Shown: positions 26,197-37,454 of the stretch, piece after piece
Position numbering within the stretch: position 1 is the stretch's first letter
Layout: every line of letters begins with the position of its first letter
Assembly: GCF_964204645.1 (NCBI RefSeq)
Contig: NC_134029.1
Span: 10,690,850-10,754,849 of the forward strand
Origin: Tubulanus polymorphus
Lineage: Eukaryota > Animalia > Nemertea
Reading direction: 5' to 3'
DNA length: 64,000 nt
Position numbers and translations under genes: made by a program
Notes under the pieces: model-generated
Database searches by the model: none
Told to the model about the DNA's origin: nothing
Seen by the model: only the letters and a program-made list of their open reading frames with translations

Positions 26197-26805
26197 ATGT
26201 CAAAGAAATCTAATAAGAATAGTATTGATATTGAAAAAACATTAGATGATTTGGGTATAAGTGATAATAAGGATCCAGTTGTTTCTAATTCTATTCAAGT
26301 TAATTGTAATATAGATTATGAATACTATTTATATTGTAAGCATCATCTTGAATTATTAATTGCTGGCGGGAAATCTAAGGATTTCTTGGGAAAAATTTTA
26401 ACTTTTCAAGAACTAGACTCTATGAAACCCGATAAAGTAATAAAATATTTTAAGATTTATGAAGAGGCAAGATTGGCTAGAATAAATGATTCTATTTCAG
26501 ATAGTATTATAAAATGTTATTCAAAATTATGTAACCGGTTAATGACAATTGATGATGAAAATAAATTATATAGTGATTTGAAAAATTACTATTTAGTTAT
26601 GACTGAATTACAAAAATGGGTTGGTTATGCTTCATTTCAATTAGGATCGGTTATGACATTAATTTCTACTGGTGTCATAACATTTTCGAACATCAAGCCT
26701 ATGGAATATAAATCAGGTAAGAATGAAACAGATGTCGCTGTACTACAACCAAACGTCGAAACAGAAAATGAATCAGAACAAAAATTAACTAAAATAAATG
26801 AGTGA
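26197..26805 (+). CDS. Polinton hypothetical protein (202 aa)
   Basis: Intact ORF with TAAATG start; homolog at 49451-49858. Confidence 0.75.
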   Translation: MSKKSNKNSIDIEKTLDDLGISDNKDPVVSNSIQVNCNIDYEYYLYCKHHLELLIAGGKSKDFLGKILTFQELDSMKPDKVIKYFKIYEEARLARINDSISDSIIKCYSKLCNRLMTIDDENKLYSDLKNYYLVMTELQKWVGYASFQLGSVMTLISTGVITFSNIKPMEYKSGKNETDVAVLQPNVETENESEQKLTKINE

Positions 26806-27174
26806 TGGAGTTAAGAAAAAGGCTAGATCCGAGAAACAAATTAAATGGGCAAGAGAATTAGGTAAAAGATCTTCAGAATTAAAAAAAGCTAAGAAAAAGA
26901 AATTAACTGATATAAATGAATCACAGATATTGATTCAAATAATAATCCATCTAATTCTTCTAATGCTGGAAGTAATTATAAATTATATATTACAATTATA
27001 AATATATATTACAATTGGATTAGTAACAGTTATTATATTATCCGGTGTAATATATAAATCAAAATTCAAATCTGATGATAAATATGATTCCAATGACAAT
27101 AAACCTATCATACCAGAAATAAGTCAAATCATAAAACCATTGAAACTTAACCAAGATTATTATTAATGGATTAA
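26798..27174 (+). pseudogene. Small basic protein with a predicted TM segment, frameshifted
   Basis: K/R-rich N-terminus; hydrophobic ITIGLVTVIILSGVIY in another frame near 27010. Confidence 0.5.
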
Positions 27175-27180
27175 AATAAG

Positions 27181-28294
27181 ATGAAAAAAGAACAATATTT
27201 AAGAGATTTATATTATAACCCAGAGAGTGAAGTATCATATTCTAACGTTTCAGAATTATGGAATAAAATTAAATCTGATAATGAAAATGGTAATGGTGCC
27301 GTATGGCACCCACATGGTGATATAAAATATAGCGAATTAAAATCATGGTTACAAAATCAACCAACATATCAAATCCACAAGAAAATGGATAAAACTTATT
27401 TAACAAGAAACGTTATGGTTTCATATATCGATCAACAATGGCAAGCTGATTTAATTGACATGAAGAACTTAGAAGAATACAACAAAGGATATTTCTGGAT
27501 ACTGAATGTTATAGACATATTCAGTAGATACGCATGGTCAATTCCAATCAAAAATAAAGATGATATAGAAGTTACAAATGCTTTTAAATCTATATTTAAA
27601 GAAGCTATTCCAGATAAGATTTGATGAAGGTAAGGAGTTTTATAACAAACATTTTAAAAAACTATTATCTGATAACGATGTAGATTATTTTTCAACACAC
27701 TCAGATAAAAAAGCATCTATTATAGAAAGGTTTAATAATACATTGAAAACTAGAATGTGGAAATATTTTACTGCTAATGAAACATATAAATATATCGATG
27801 TATTAGATGATTTAGTGAAAGGTTATACTAATTCTAAACATAGTTCTATAAATATGAAACCTATACAAGCTAGAAAAGAAGATAATTCGGAAATAGTTTG
27901 GAATAATTTATATGGAGCGTTTGTTACACATGATTTCGGTGAACCTAAATTTAAAATAGGACAACACGTAAGAACATCTAAATATAGAAAAACATTTTAT
28001 AAAGGTTATACCCCTAATTTTACAGAAGAAATATTTAAGATTAAAAAGATAATATTAACTAAACCATTTGTTTATAAATTAGAAGATCTAAAAGATGAAG
28101 AAATATTAGGTTATTTCTATGAACAAGAATTATCACTTGTACCAAATCCAGATGAAATAGAATACAAAATAGAAAAAGTATTGAAAACAAAAACTCTTAA
28201 AGGAAAAAAGTATCCTTTAGTGAAATATAAAGGATATGATGATAAATTCAATGAATGGATTTTATCTAGTAAAATAAAAAGAATAAATGAATAA
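27181..28294 (+). pseudogene. int: Retroviral-type (rve) integrase with C-terminal chromodomain; one frameshift near 27620
   Basis: WQADLIDM, VIDIFSRYAW, FDEGKEF, IERFNNTLK; chromo YKIEKVL...VKYKGY...NEWI. Confidence 0.93.
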
Positions 28295-28903
28295 AGATTT
28301 ATTTATATTTGAACCGCATAATATGTTAGTTACTGGAGTAACCGATTGTGGTAAAACACATTTCATATTAGATTTGTTAGAAACTATTTATAAGAATCAT
28401 TTTGATAATATAATATTATTTTGTCCTACTTATGAAATGAATAAAACATATAATAGAGACATAGTTAAGATAAAAAAGTAAAGTTTATTATATTAAATCC
28501 TAAAACAGTAAAAGAAAATTTAGATAATTGTATAAAAATAGCAATTGATACTTATAAAGGATCAAATACATTATTCATTATAGATGATTGCGCAAATTTA
28601 CATGATTCAAAAGTGAGAGAAAGTGAGTTATGTTATCTAGCTTTCTCTGGGAGACATTTCGGGATAACAACATGGGTTTTAAATCAAAAATATAATTCAA
28701 TTGTTAAAGACTTTAGGGAGAATATAAGATTTCTAGTTTTATTTTATATCAAAGATAAAAAATCTATGCAACAATCATTGGAAGAAAATCAAATTATACC
28801 TATTGAATTACATGATGAATATATGAATAAATTAAAGAATAATAAAGGTTCAAAATTATTACTGAGATTACAATTTCCCTATGAATATAAATTTATAAAA
28901 TAA
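28287..28903 (+). pseudogene. A32/FtsK-like genome packaging ATPase; frameshift near 28475
   Basis: Walker A GVTDCGKT, Walker B LFIIDD, SGRH...LNQKY...REN. Confidence 0.9.
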
Positions 28904-29090
28904 CTATTTATAATTTGGAATATTATAGATACTAATTTATATTTCTATGTACTAGACGTACGAGTAAGAAAGTAAGATTCTTACCTTTTTACTTTCTTGG
29001 CAAGAATCTTGGATTCTTACGTACGTCTAGTCCATAGAAATATGAATTATTAAATGAAATATATAATAATGAATAAATTATATATTAAAA

Positions 29091-29212
29091 CTATGTTTAT
29101 AATTTATGTTTATGATTTATGTTTATAATTTATGTCTATAATTTATGTTTATAATTTATGTTTATAATTTATGTTTATAATTTATGTTTATAATTTATGT
29201 TTATAATTTATA
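29091..29212. repeat. 13-bp tandem repeat (TTTATGTTTATAA) x~9 between convergent genes
   Basis: Read directly from the sequence. Confidence 0.9.
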
Positions 29213-29311
29213 TTTCTTGGCAAGGATTCTTGGATTCTTACTTTCTTACTCATACGTCTAGTGCATAGATATATAAATATTTTTATAGATATATAAATAG
29301 TTTTATAATAA

Positions 29312-30451
29312 TTATTCTAATTTTGTTTCTAATACATTTATAAAATCATCTTTGTTTATATCAAATTCATCAGAAGTCTTTTGCATATTTATTAATTCTA
29401 TTTCATCCTTCATTCTACGTTCATCATCACTTAATCCAGCTTTTATTCTTAATTTTTCAAAGTAATCATTAGAATTATCACCATCAAAATCAAATTCAAA
29501 ATCATTTATTAAATTAAATAAATCTAGGTATCCATTATACGCTAATTTATATATTTGGTCAGGATTATCTTCTGCATAAGCTAATAATTTATCAAATAAC
29601 AACTTAAAGAATATATAATATTGTTTAGTTTCAGGATTAAAATATTTGATATATTTCTTTGGTTCATCTAACAATGGTAACATACCCACTTTTTTATAAA
29701 CATTAATTAGATGTAATTTTGATTTATAATGAGTAATTTTATCAACAGGTTCAATTTCTTTATCACAATAATCACATATTAATTCTTTTTCATTTTCTAT
29801 GTGCCCCTTAGATTTTTTATGTTTAGAAAAATTACTTTTAGAAATATCTAAATTACAAATGTTATAATGTTTTTTAGAATCATCAATTATTTCATTATCT
29901 GTTATATCATTATCATTAGTTTCGATTGGGTTAACATTATTTATTACATTATCTGTTATATTATCTATGGTATCATTAGTTTCAATTGGGTTAACATTAT
30001 CTTTTATATTATTACTAACTGATATATTATTATCATTATTATTCTTTTCTTTTTCTACATGTTTCTTTGATTTCTTATGTGATGGCCAATTTTTATATGA
30101 TATATATTTCTTACATACATCACAATATTTTGGATTATAATAATCTTTTTTTGATTCAATATCATATGTAGAGGGTATATTATAAGATGTAGATGCTGTT
30201 ACATCTTCTATTTTAGTTTCCATATTATCACTTTCTTCTATTTTATATTCAATATCATTCTTATCTTCTATTTTAGTTTCAATATTATTTTCTATTTTAG
30301 TTTCAATATTATCTTTTATTTTACTTATTCTATATTTGAATTGATTAAAGTAATCTCCAAAATACTTAATGTATTCATCATAAGGTAATATATAATATAT
30401 ATCTGATATCATTTCACTTGGGGTTTGTATTTCATATATTCCACCTTCCAT
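29312..30451 (-). CDS. Accessory protein with 2-3 matrin/C2H2-like zinc fingers and low-complexity repeats
   Basis: CDVC...H....KKH, (Y)NIC...H....KGH, CDYC...H....KLH; IETKIE and NVNPIETND repeats. Confidence 0.75.
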   Translation of the reverse strand: MEGGIYEIQTPSEMISDIYYILPYDEYIKYFGDYFNQFKYRISKIKDNIETKIENNIETKIEDKNDIEYKIEESDNMETKIEDVTASTSYNIPSTYDIESKKDYYNPKYCDVCKKYISYKNWPSHKKSKKHVEKEKNNNDNNISVSNNIKDNVNPIETNDTIDNITDNVINNVNPIETNDNDITDNEIIDDSKKHYNICNLDISKSNFSKHKKSKGHIENEKELICDYCDKEIEPVDKITHYKSKLHLINVYKKVGMLPLLDEPKKYIKYFNPETKQYYIFFKLLFDKLLAYAEDNPDQIYKLAYNGYLDLFNLINDFEFDFDGDNSNDYFEKLRIKAGLSDDERRMKDEIELINMQKTSDEFDINKDDFINVLETKLE

Positions 30452-30483
30452 TTATTATATAAATATTTATTAAAGTTAAAATT

Positions 30484-31731
30484 TTAATACATAACACTAT
30501 CTAATTGTGAATTTACAATATTTAATTGCGCGTCAGATATAATATAAATGTGCACTTTGAAATTTAGACTTCCTTTTTTCTTTGTCATGAAAAATTGTAT
30601 TCCATCTTTAGTGTTTTGTAATTTTTTTCCAGAACCATGTAATGAATTATCCTCTGTTGTTCTAAAATCTAACCATAATGCATATTTATTACCGGTATAA
30701 TAATCAATTTGATTAATTTTACAATTTTCAGATGATTTTACTTTTTCATTCATAAAATGTTTTCTAATTTCTGGCCATTGATCTATCATTCTCATTCCTT
30801 GACAAAATATTTTATTTGCTATTCCTTCGATAGTTATTTCTACTTCTGTTATTTCAGGATTATAATACTTATCAACCTGTATTGCACCATTAGAATATGT
30901 TGCAATGGTAAAAAATATTAATATACCTTTAATAGATCTTCTTGGGAAGTTAATATTCTCATTAATAATTTCATCATTTGCATTAATAGTTACAGTTTTA
31001 AATTTATCAATATAATCATATAATAATGAAAATCCTTGATTGTATTGAGTTTGAATTATACTTGAAATATTTTCATTAGTTACTGTGTCATATTCTAAAC
31101 ATATATTCGATAATTTATAACTCGTATCTTTATTAACGCTAGATATTACAATTTCATTAACAGGAGCAAATGTTATTTCGAATATAACGTCTTCTTGAAT
31201 TGCGTATTTATATAAAGGTGCATTGTTATTTATCAATTCAAAGTCTAATGGAATTTTATATTTGCTTCCATAAATCCTTTTTATCAAATTATCTACAGCA
31301 TTAGTTAATATTGCGCTATTAGCCCCTGATCTTAATTTATTTTGGTTTTCTGATTGGATGCCTTGAAATATCATATTATTTCTGTTTTCATTAGTTAACC
31401 ATAAATCTTTATAATGCATAAATAAATTATAATCATCTAATGAGAAAACTGTTTCTGGACCAATCTTTATTGTTAACTTTTTAATCAAATATCTCCCAAC
31501 ATTATCAACAACATAATTATTATCATGACCAATTACTTTTATATCGGCTGATAAATAAATACTATTTGGAACGTAAAAAGTATTTTGTGTTAATCGAGGA
31601 ATTCTAACATATAAAGTTTCATCGGGATTAATATTAGAAGGATTATGAGTAATTATATGATGTGATCTCTCTGCTTTAATAGCATTAGATATTCTATGAT
31701 TCTTAGAAGGATTGATATAACTCCCACTCAT
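30484..31731 (-). CDS. Major capsid protein (double jelly-roll, hexon-like)
   Basis: Intact 415-aa beta-rich ORF, the expected size and position in a Polinton, strongly conserved with copy 3; fold inferred. Confidence 0.75.
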   Translation of the reverse strand: MSGSYINPSKNHRISNAIKAERSHHIITHNPSNINPDETLYVRIPRLTQNTFYVPNSIYLSADIKVIGHDNNYVVDNVGRYLIKKLTIKIGPETVFSLDDYNLFMHYKDLWLTNENRNNMIFQGIQSENQNKLRSGANSAILTNAVDNLIKRIYGSKYKIPLDFELINNNAPLYKYAIQEDVIFEITFAPVNEIVISSVNKDTSYKLSNICLEYDTVTNENISSIIQTQYNQGFSLLYDYIDKFKTVTINANDEIINENINFPRRSIKGILIFFTIATYSNGAIQVDKYYNPEITEVEITIEGIANKIFCQGMRMIDQWPEIRKHFMNEKVKSSENCKINQIDYYTGNKYALWLDFRTTEDNSLHGSGKKLQNTKDGIQFFMTKKKGSLNFKVHIYIISDAQLNIVNSQLDSVMY

Positions 31732-31771
31732 TTATTTATCAAAAAAATTAATTATTTATTTTTTATCATGT

Positions 31772-33445
31772 TTACTTGATATTTTTTGATATCATGTTTA
31801 CTAACCCAAAAATAATAGCACTTACAACTGTAATTAAAAATAAAATAATATGTTCAGCAGCAAAGTTAATAATGTTTCCTGCAGATTTCAATATAAAACC
31901 AACAATTGATGCAATAACTCCTGGCAATGCTGCAGCAGATTTTTTAGATAGTTCCCATAAATATTTTGCTAATTTCTTTAAACCATCTTTAACTTTATCT
32001 TGTATAGAATTATTATCTGGAGGTTTATCCGGTTTATTGGGAGTAGGAGTAGGAGTAGATTTCAAAGCATTTGATATTGCTAAACCTATTGTTGTGAATA
32101 CCATAGTTACAGATGTTAGAATGGAAAGAATTGTTATTCCTTCTAATTTAAATAATAATCTTATTCTATCTTTTAGTGATATTTTAGAATTTGGTTTAAT
32201 CAACAAATCTTTAAAAATAACTTTTAATTTTTTAATATGATTAAGATCATATGATTTTAATAATATATCTCTTTCTTTTTCCTGTAATTCTTTGTTATAT
32301 TTTAAATCATCTATTTCTTTTACTAAAGCTAACTTTCTGCTTTCATAATCAGGTTCATAAATGACATTAAGATCTCTATTTTATTCTAATTGTTCTAATT
32401 TTTCATTTGCAATAGCTAATTCTTTTTCTAACATGGTTATTTTAGAAAATCTCATATTAATATTAGCATTTACATCAGCTGATTCTTGAATACCTTTAAT
32501 TTCTCTACGTGTTTGTTCAGGAAATGCTTCTAATTCTTCATCAGTTAATTTAAGAAATCCTTTTTCTAGTAAAGATAGTGTTCGATTTATTCCAGCACTA
32601 TTCATCTCTTCTTCTGAATCTCTTAATCTATCAATTTGTTTTTCTAATACTAATTGTAGTTGACTTGAATCATTATCAATTTGTTGAATATCTCTTCTCG
32701 ATGTTTCGGGTGTTGAAGATCTTAATTTATCTAATCGATTTACAAAATCTTCATCAGTAGGATTTGGATTTGGATTTTTAAATGGTGAATATTTGTTTAT
32801 ATCAATATTATGAATTGGTTCTTCTTCATTTATTCTATCGAGTGCATTCCATATAATTCTGAGAAATTCTCTACCACCTTTTGAACCTTCAATTGTAGAT
32901 AATGCTCGCATTTCAGGTTCCAAAATATTTTCTTGACCCATTCTAGATAATTGAATTGATACAATATTCCTATTTAAATCAAGATTATAATACCATGAAT
33001 CATTTTTAAATTCTAAATTATTCATGAAAAATGGGTCATCTTTTAAAATTTGTTCTACAACACCTTCTGTATCAATTTCATGTATTACAACTTTTGGTAA
33101 TAATTCGTTAACAATTGTATCTGTTACTCTAGATTTCATTTTATATAATTCCATAGGTTTATCAGGATATTTTTCTTGTTGTTCTACTAATAGTTTCATA
33201 AATTCTTTTCTTTCTCTTCTAGTTGAAATTCTACCAATTTCAGGAGCTTTTAAATATTTATTTAATTTTTCACGTAATTCGGAATCATCATCATCATCAT
33301 CATCATCATAATCATCATCTTCATCTAAATTAGTATTATATTCTATTTCATTATCATCATTAAAACTTGTTTCACTAAAATCAGGTTGTTGTTCATCACT
33401 TATACCAGGTTCATCTAAAGGATCCAATGGAATTTCTTCATCCAT
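31772..33445 (-). pseudogene. Acidic/coiled-coil protein with C-terminal hydrophobic and amphipathic helices (putative membrane-active virion protein); frame broken near 32200-32380
   Basis: ORFs 32381-33445 and 31772-32206 are colinear with one region of copy 3 (53360-54785); C-terminal GITILSILT...AAALPGVIASIVGFIL conserved. Confidence 0.65.
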
Positions 33446-33461
33446 TTATATAATAAAAAAA

Positions 33462-34787
33462 TTAAAATTTAAAATATAATATTCCTCCGATTACAATTCC
33501 TATACAAGTTAAAGCTAATTTAGCATTTTCATGGGATTTATTATCATCATTTAGTTTAATTATATCATGTTGAATATTATCAGTTTTTATATTTTCTGAT
33601 GTATTGTAATCTTTTATTTTAGAATCATTATTTAATTTAATATTCTTAGTTTTAGTTTCTGTTGATTGAATATGTTTTTTATTTTTTTCACCTTCCATTA
33701 ATTTTGGAGCAGTAATAATCTTTTTATTTATATCATTCAATCCAAATGAATTATTTATTGTTGCAGTTTTAATTAGATTATTATAACCAATTATGTTTTC
33801 CTTCTTTAATACTAAATCATTTGAAATAATAAATAGATTAGGGCCTATACAATAATTTAATCTAATATGTGATTTATCTAAATAATTTTGATATCTTACA
33901 ATGTTTTCCGGAATCGATCTATTTTTATCATTATGAATTGAATCTTCAAATAATACTTTGAATTGTTTCTGCGCATCGAATGAAGTGTTATCATTTCCAA
34001 TTATTGGGGATCTTGTTTCAACTTGCGCACCTAGAATACATATCAAATAAGTTCTAATAGATTGATTTATTCTTTGTATTCCAGCTTTAGTAAAACCTTC
34101 ACTATTTTCTAAAATGAAATTAACCCAACCATTATTGTTTTGTTGTTGTATATTATTATAATATTTTGGTAATTCATTCCAATTTAGTGTTCTTATATCT
34201 GAATTTGTCATTATTTTTCCAAATTCTTTAGTATATAATATTCCTAATCCACCCATTGTTCCAATTTTTACCCTAAAATCTTTATTTGAATTAATATTAA
34301 ATTCATTACATATTTTATAAAACTTAGAAAAATTAATATTATTATTCAATTCTTTAAAATATTTTGAACCTGGTAAAGGACATTCTAATTCATCTAATAT
34401 TAATTTTATTTGAAAATATGTATGAAATCTAAAAAGTGATAACATCAGTGGCAAACTTGGTTTGTTTAAATGATCATTCCAACTAATTCCGCATCCTGTT
34501 GTTGCGCAATAAACAGCAAAATTTAATTGGTTCTGCCAATACTTCATATTAGATTTTAATAACCATTGTTTTGCCTCATTTAAATTTTTGAAATAAATTG
34601 TATACACATGAAATATATTTTCCATCTTTACATGAAAATTATTACTTTCAGTAACATAAATATATAAATCAATTAATGAATTTAAAACTTCATTTCTATA
34701 TGTAATATCTTTTTTAAAATCTATTCTAGGAATATTATATTTAATTGATTTATTATATTGGAAAGTATTTGGAAAACTACCTGCCAT
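33462..34787 (-). CDS. Conserved Polinton protein of unknown function with C-terminal TM anchor (441 aa)
   Basis: Intact ORF; WQNQLNFAVYCATTGCG motif shared with copy 3; ends LALTCIGIVIGGILYFKF. Confidence 0.8.
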   Translation of the reverse strand: MAGSFPNTFQYNKSIKYNIPRIDFKKDITYRNEVLNSLIDLYIYVTESNNFHVKMENIFHVYTIYFKNLNEAKQWLLKSNMKYWQNQLNFAVYCATTGCGISWNDHLNKPSLPLMLSLFRFHTYFQIKLILDELECPLPGSKYFKELNNNINFSKFYKICNEFNINSNKDFRVKIGTMGGLGILYTKEFGKIMTNSDIRTLNWNELPKYYNNIQQQNNNGWVNFILENSEGFTKAGIQRINQSIRTYLICILGAQVETRSPIIGNDNTSFDAQKQFKVLFEDSIHNDKNRSIPENIVRYQNYLDKSHIRLNYCIGPNLFIISNDLVLKKENIIGYNNLIKTATINNSFGLNDINKKIITAPKLMEGEKNKKHIQSTETKTKNIKLNNDSKIKDYNTSENIKTDNIQHDIIKLNDDNKSHENAKLALTCIGIVIGGILYFKF

Positions 34788-34803
34788 TTATATAATTAAA
34801 AAA

Positions 34804-35238
34804 TTAATAATTTATTAATTCTTTTAATAATTTATCTTGTTCTTCAACTGTTATATGACCAGTTAAACTTATTATATAATCTAGTGTATTCTTTAATTTA
34901 TTAATTTCGTTTATATTAGTTTTAATTTTTTCTTTATTACTTTTTATATTTAATTTTGAACTTATACCGGTTAAAACACTTGAACTTAATCCTAATACAC
35001 CAATTGATATAGCTAAAGGTGTTAATGGACTGAATATTGCTAGAAATGTTATTACAGAATTAATTGTAACCGAACCACTTATAATCAAATAATATATAAT
35101 TTTAGATTTTAAATATTTTTTCTCTTTAACTTTTAAGTCACTTTCAAATTCTAATATTTGTTTTTCTAAATATGTTTTTAATTTAGTTTTATTTATATCA
35201 TGAGGAATAATATCAATATTATCAACTTTATCTTCCAT
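34804..35238 (-). CDS. Two-TM protein flanked by coiled coils (144 aa)
   Basis: Two adjacent hydrophobic helices; homolog at 56168-56604. Confidence 0.78.
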   Translation of the reverse strand: MEDKVDNIDIIPHDINKTKLKTYLEKQILEFESDLKVKEKKYLKSKIIYYLIISGSVTINSVITFLAIFSPLTPLAISIGVLGLSSSVLTGISSKLNIKSNKEKIKTNINEINKLKNTLDYIISLTGHITVEEQDKLLKELINY

Positions 35239-35258
35239 TCATTTAGCAAAAAAAATTA

Positions 35259-35681
35259 CTAATTAGTAAACTTATAAGCAACAAATATAACAATAACTGT
35301 TCCGCCTAAAATCCATATTATTTCATATTTCTGTTGTTCATTACTTGGGGTATAATAATCTGATAATTTAGGTTTGTATAGATGTAATTTTTCTTTATTG
35401 GTTACCGCGTTATATAAACTCATTGCATCATCAACTGATTGAAAATCTCTATGTGAAATCTTCTGATCATATAATTCCTTGTTAATATAATCCATATAGT
35501 TTTGCCTCTTTTCTCTATATTCTTCTGCTGCTTTATTGTATTTTTCTAATGCTAAGTTATGTCTTTTTTGTTCTGATAATGAACCATTTTCATCAAGATG
35601 CTTAAATAAATAACCACCACCAGTAAATGCTAAAGCGTTAACAATTGCCGATCCTATAATAGTTCTAACTGCAGAAGCCAT
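35259..35681 (-). CDS. Polinton small membrane protein (140 aa)
   Basis: Near-identical to 57-479. Confidence 0.8.
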   Translation of the reverse strand: MASAVRTIIGSAIVNALAFTGGGYLFKHLDENGSLSEQKRHNLALEKYNKAAEEYREKRQNYMDYINKELYDQKISHRDFQSVDDAMSLYNAVTNKEKLHLYKPKLSDYYTPSNEQQKYEIIWILGGTVIVIFVAYKFTN

Positions 35682-35705
35682 TTATTTAGTAAAATAATTA
35701 TGCAT

Positions 35706-35926
35706 TTATATGGGAGAAATATATTTTTGTTTTTCCAAATAATCAATAGTTAAATTAGATAAAGTAACTGCTAACGTTAATTTTAAAATATCATTTATAT
35801 CAAATCTATCAACATTAACACTTCCCATTTTGAATACTTTTTTAATACCATTGAATAACCAACAGTTCCAACTGATAGTAATGCGCCATTATATAATCCA
35901 GTTATTATCCACTTATTATCACTCAT
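35706..35926 (-). pseudogene. 73-aa hydrophobic protein with a 1-bp homopolymer deletion
   Basis: 221 bp versus 222 bp in copies 1 and 3. Confidence 0.75.
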
Positions 35927-36283
35927 TTATTTATCAAAAAAATTACTATCTTCAAAATATTTAGTTATCTTATTTATGATTAATTCAACATTTATTTCAT
36001 TACTAGTTTCATTTGTATATATTTCAATTATTATTTTTTTAATATCATCGATGATAAAATCTTCATCTAATTCATAAAATCTTAAAAATTCTCTAATTAA
36101 ATTAGTAATCTTTTCTACATTTAACGTTTCTTTATCTATTGCTGTTTCATACTCAAATGTTGTTTCATTAGAAAATGCAATATTTTTAATATGTGTAATT
36201 ACATCATTAATGTTAAATTTCATTTCTTTCTCATGTTTAAAATCAAACCCAAAACATATACTCGGTCCAACAGTTATATTCAT
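35927..36283 (-). CDS. Polinton hypothetical protein (118 aa)
   Basis: Intact ORF; its TAA overlaps the next gene's TAAATG; homologs in copies 1 and 3. Confidence 0.72.
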   Translation of the reverse strand: MNITVGPSICFGFDFKHEKEMKFNINDVITHIKNIAFSNETTFEYETAIDKETLNVEKITNLIREFLRFYELDEDFIIDDIKKIIIEIYTNETSNEINVELIINKITKYFEDSNFFDK

Positions 36284-36299
36284 TTATATAATGAAAAAA

Positions 36300-37055
36300 T
36301 TACTCTCTACATCTTATTACTAATTCATAAATTACAGGAAAGTTATTCAAATCAATTAAATGTCCATTATGATTTCTTATTTCTAATTTAAAATTATTAA
36401 ATTTAGGAATGCAAGGTTTAAAATCACATTCAGTTCAATTATAATTTATTTGAGTTCCAAATTGTTTAACATTTTTCAGCGGTAAAATATTTAGTATACT
36501 AGAATTACAAATTGTTTCTTTAGTTGCTTCGAATGTTTTTGTAGGATCGATTAAATTGCAATAAATATAAAAGTGTGTAAAAGGTATTATATTTGAATTA
36601 CCATCTATGTTTCCTGTAACAGTATCTGGTGCAATTCCTAGCAATTTAGCTAATGGTTTTTTTACCATAAATGCATGTTGACTTTCATCATATACCTTTA
36701 TTTCAATTTTATTTGTGCTATCACTTTTTATAAATCTAATTAAAAATTTATCATCTCTTCTAATTTCCAACCGTGCTCTTCGATTAATTTCTTGAGCTAA
36801 TGTTTCTAAATTATATAATCCTGGTTTTAAAATTATATGAAACCATTTATCTATATTTCCAATATGAATTAAAAAAGTATTATCTTCAATAGTTTTATCC
36901 GATATATTATAAAAAGAATTACATAAACTTATATTAACTAATTTTAAATCAACACAATTCTTGAATTCTCTATCTAATTGTACTAGTAAATTATGAGATT
37001 TATAATTTGTAAGTTTTCTAGAATCAACAAATATTCTGTATTCTTTTAATTCCAC
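36300..37055 (-). pseudogene. Minor capsid (penton-like) gene; start region altered, frameshift near 36435
   Basis: Homologous to 1103-1858. Confidence 0.7.
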
Positions 37056-37072
37056 GATTTATTTTACATATT

Positions 37073-37426
37073 TTATTCGAAATCTATTTCATGGTGCCCT
37101 TTTTCATTCTTACCTTTGTATACGAAATAGAAATCTCCAGAACATAATTCTTCTAGATCTTCACTTGATAATCTATGAAATCTATCTGGTAAATATGTTC
37201 TGAATTTATATGTATTTCCTTTTAATCCTTCATATTCTAAGTGTATAACTAATTTATCTCCATAGTTATTAGTAACTGTATCAATATTTGTAATTAGATA
37301 TTTCTTATGGATTGTTAATTCTGTTAACTTTTTGAATTTATAATCTACAGATTTTACATTTGTGATATCTTTTATTCTATCTAGAAATAATTTGTTGTTC
37401 TCACTGTGTGTTTGTTTACTCTCCAT
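37073..37426 (-). CDS. 117-aa protein downstream of polB (possibly OB-fold/ssDNA-binding; unverified)
   Basis: Intact ORF with TAAATG start; same sequence is fused to PolB in copy 1. Confidence 0.65.
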   Translation of the reverse strand: MESKQTHSENNKLFLDRIKDITNVKSVDYKFKKLTELTIHKKYLITNIDTVTNNYGDKLVIHLEYEGLKGNTYKFRTYLPDRFHRLSSEDLEELCSGDFYFVYKGKNEKGHHEIDFE

Positions 37427-37454
37427 TTATAATACATATTTTATTAAAATTTGA

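Noticed and set aside
27600-28480. Programmed frameshifting in integrase, ATPase or polB
   Set aside because: Break positions are not consistently shared between copies and many lie in homopolymers; decay or sequencing error is more likely.
31776-33311. Plus-strand ORFs (154, 60 and 95 aa) over Polinton genes, and similar shadow ORFs elsewhere
   Set aside because: Antisense to conserved genes, with no motifs and no TAAATG start.
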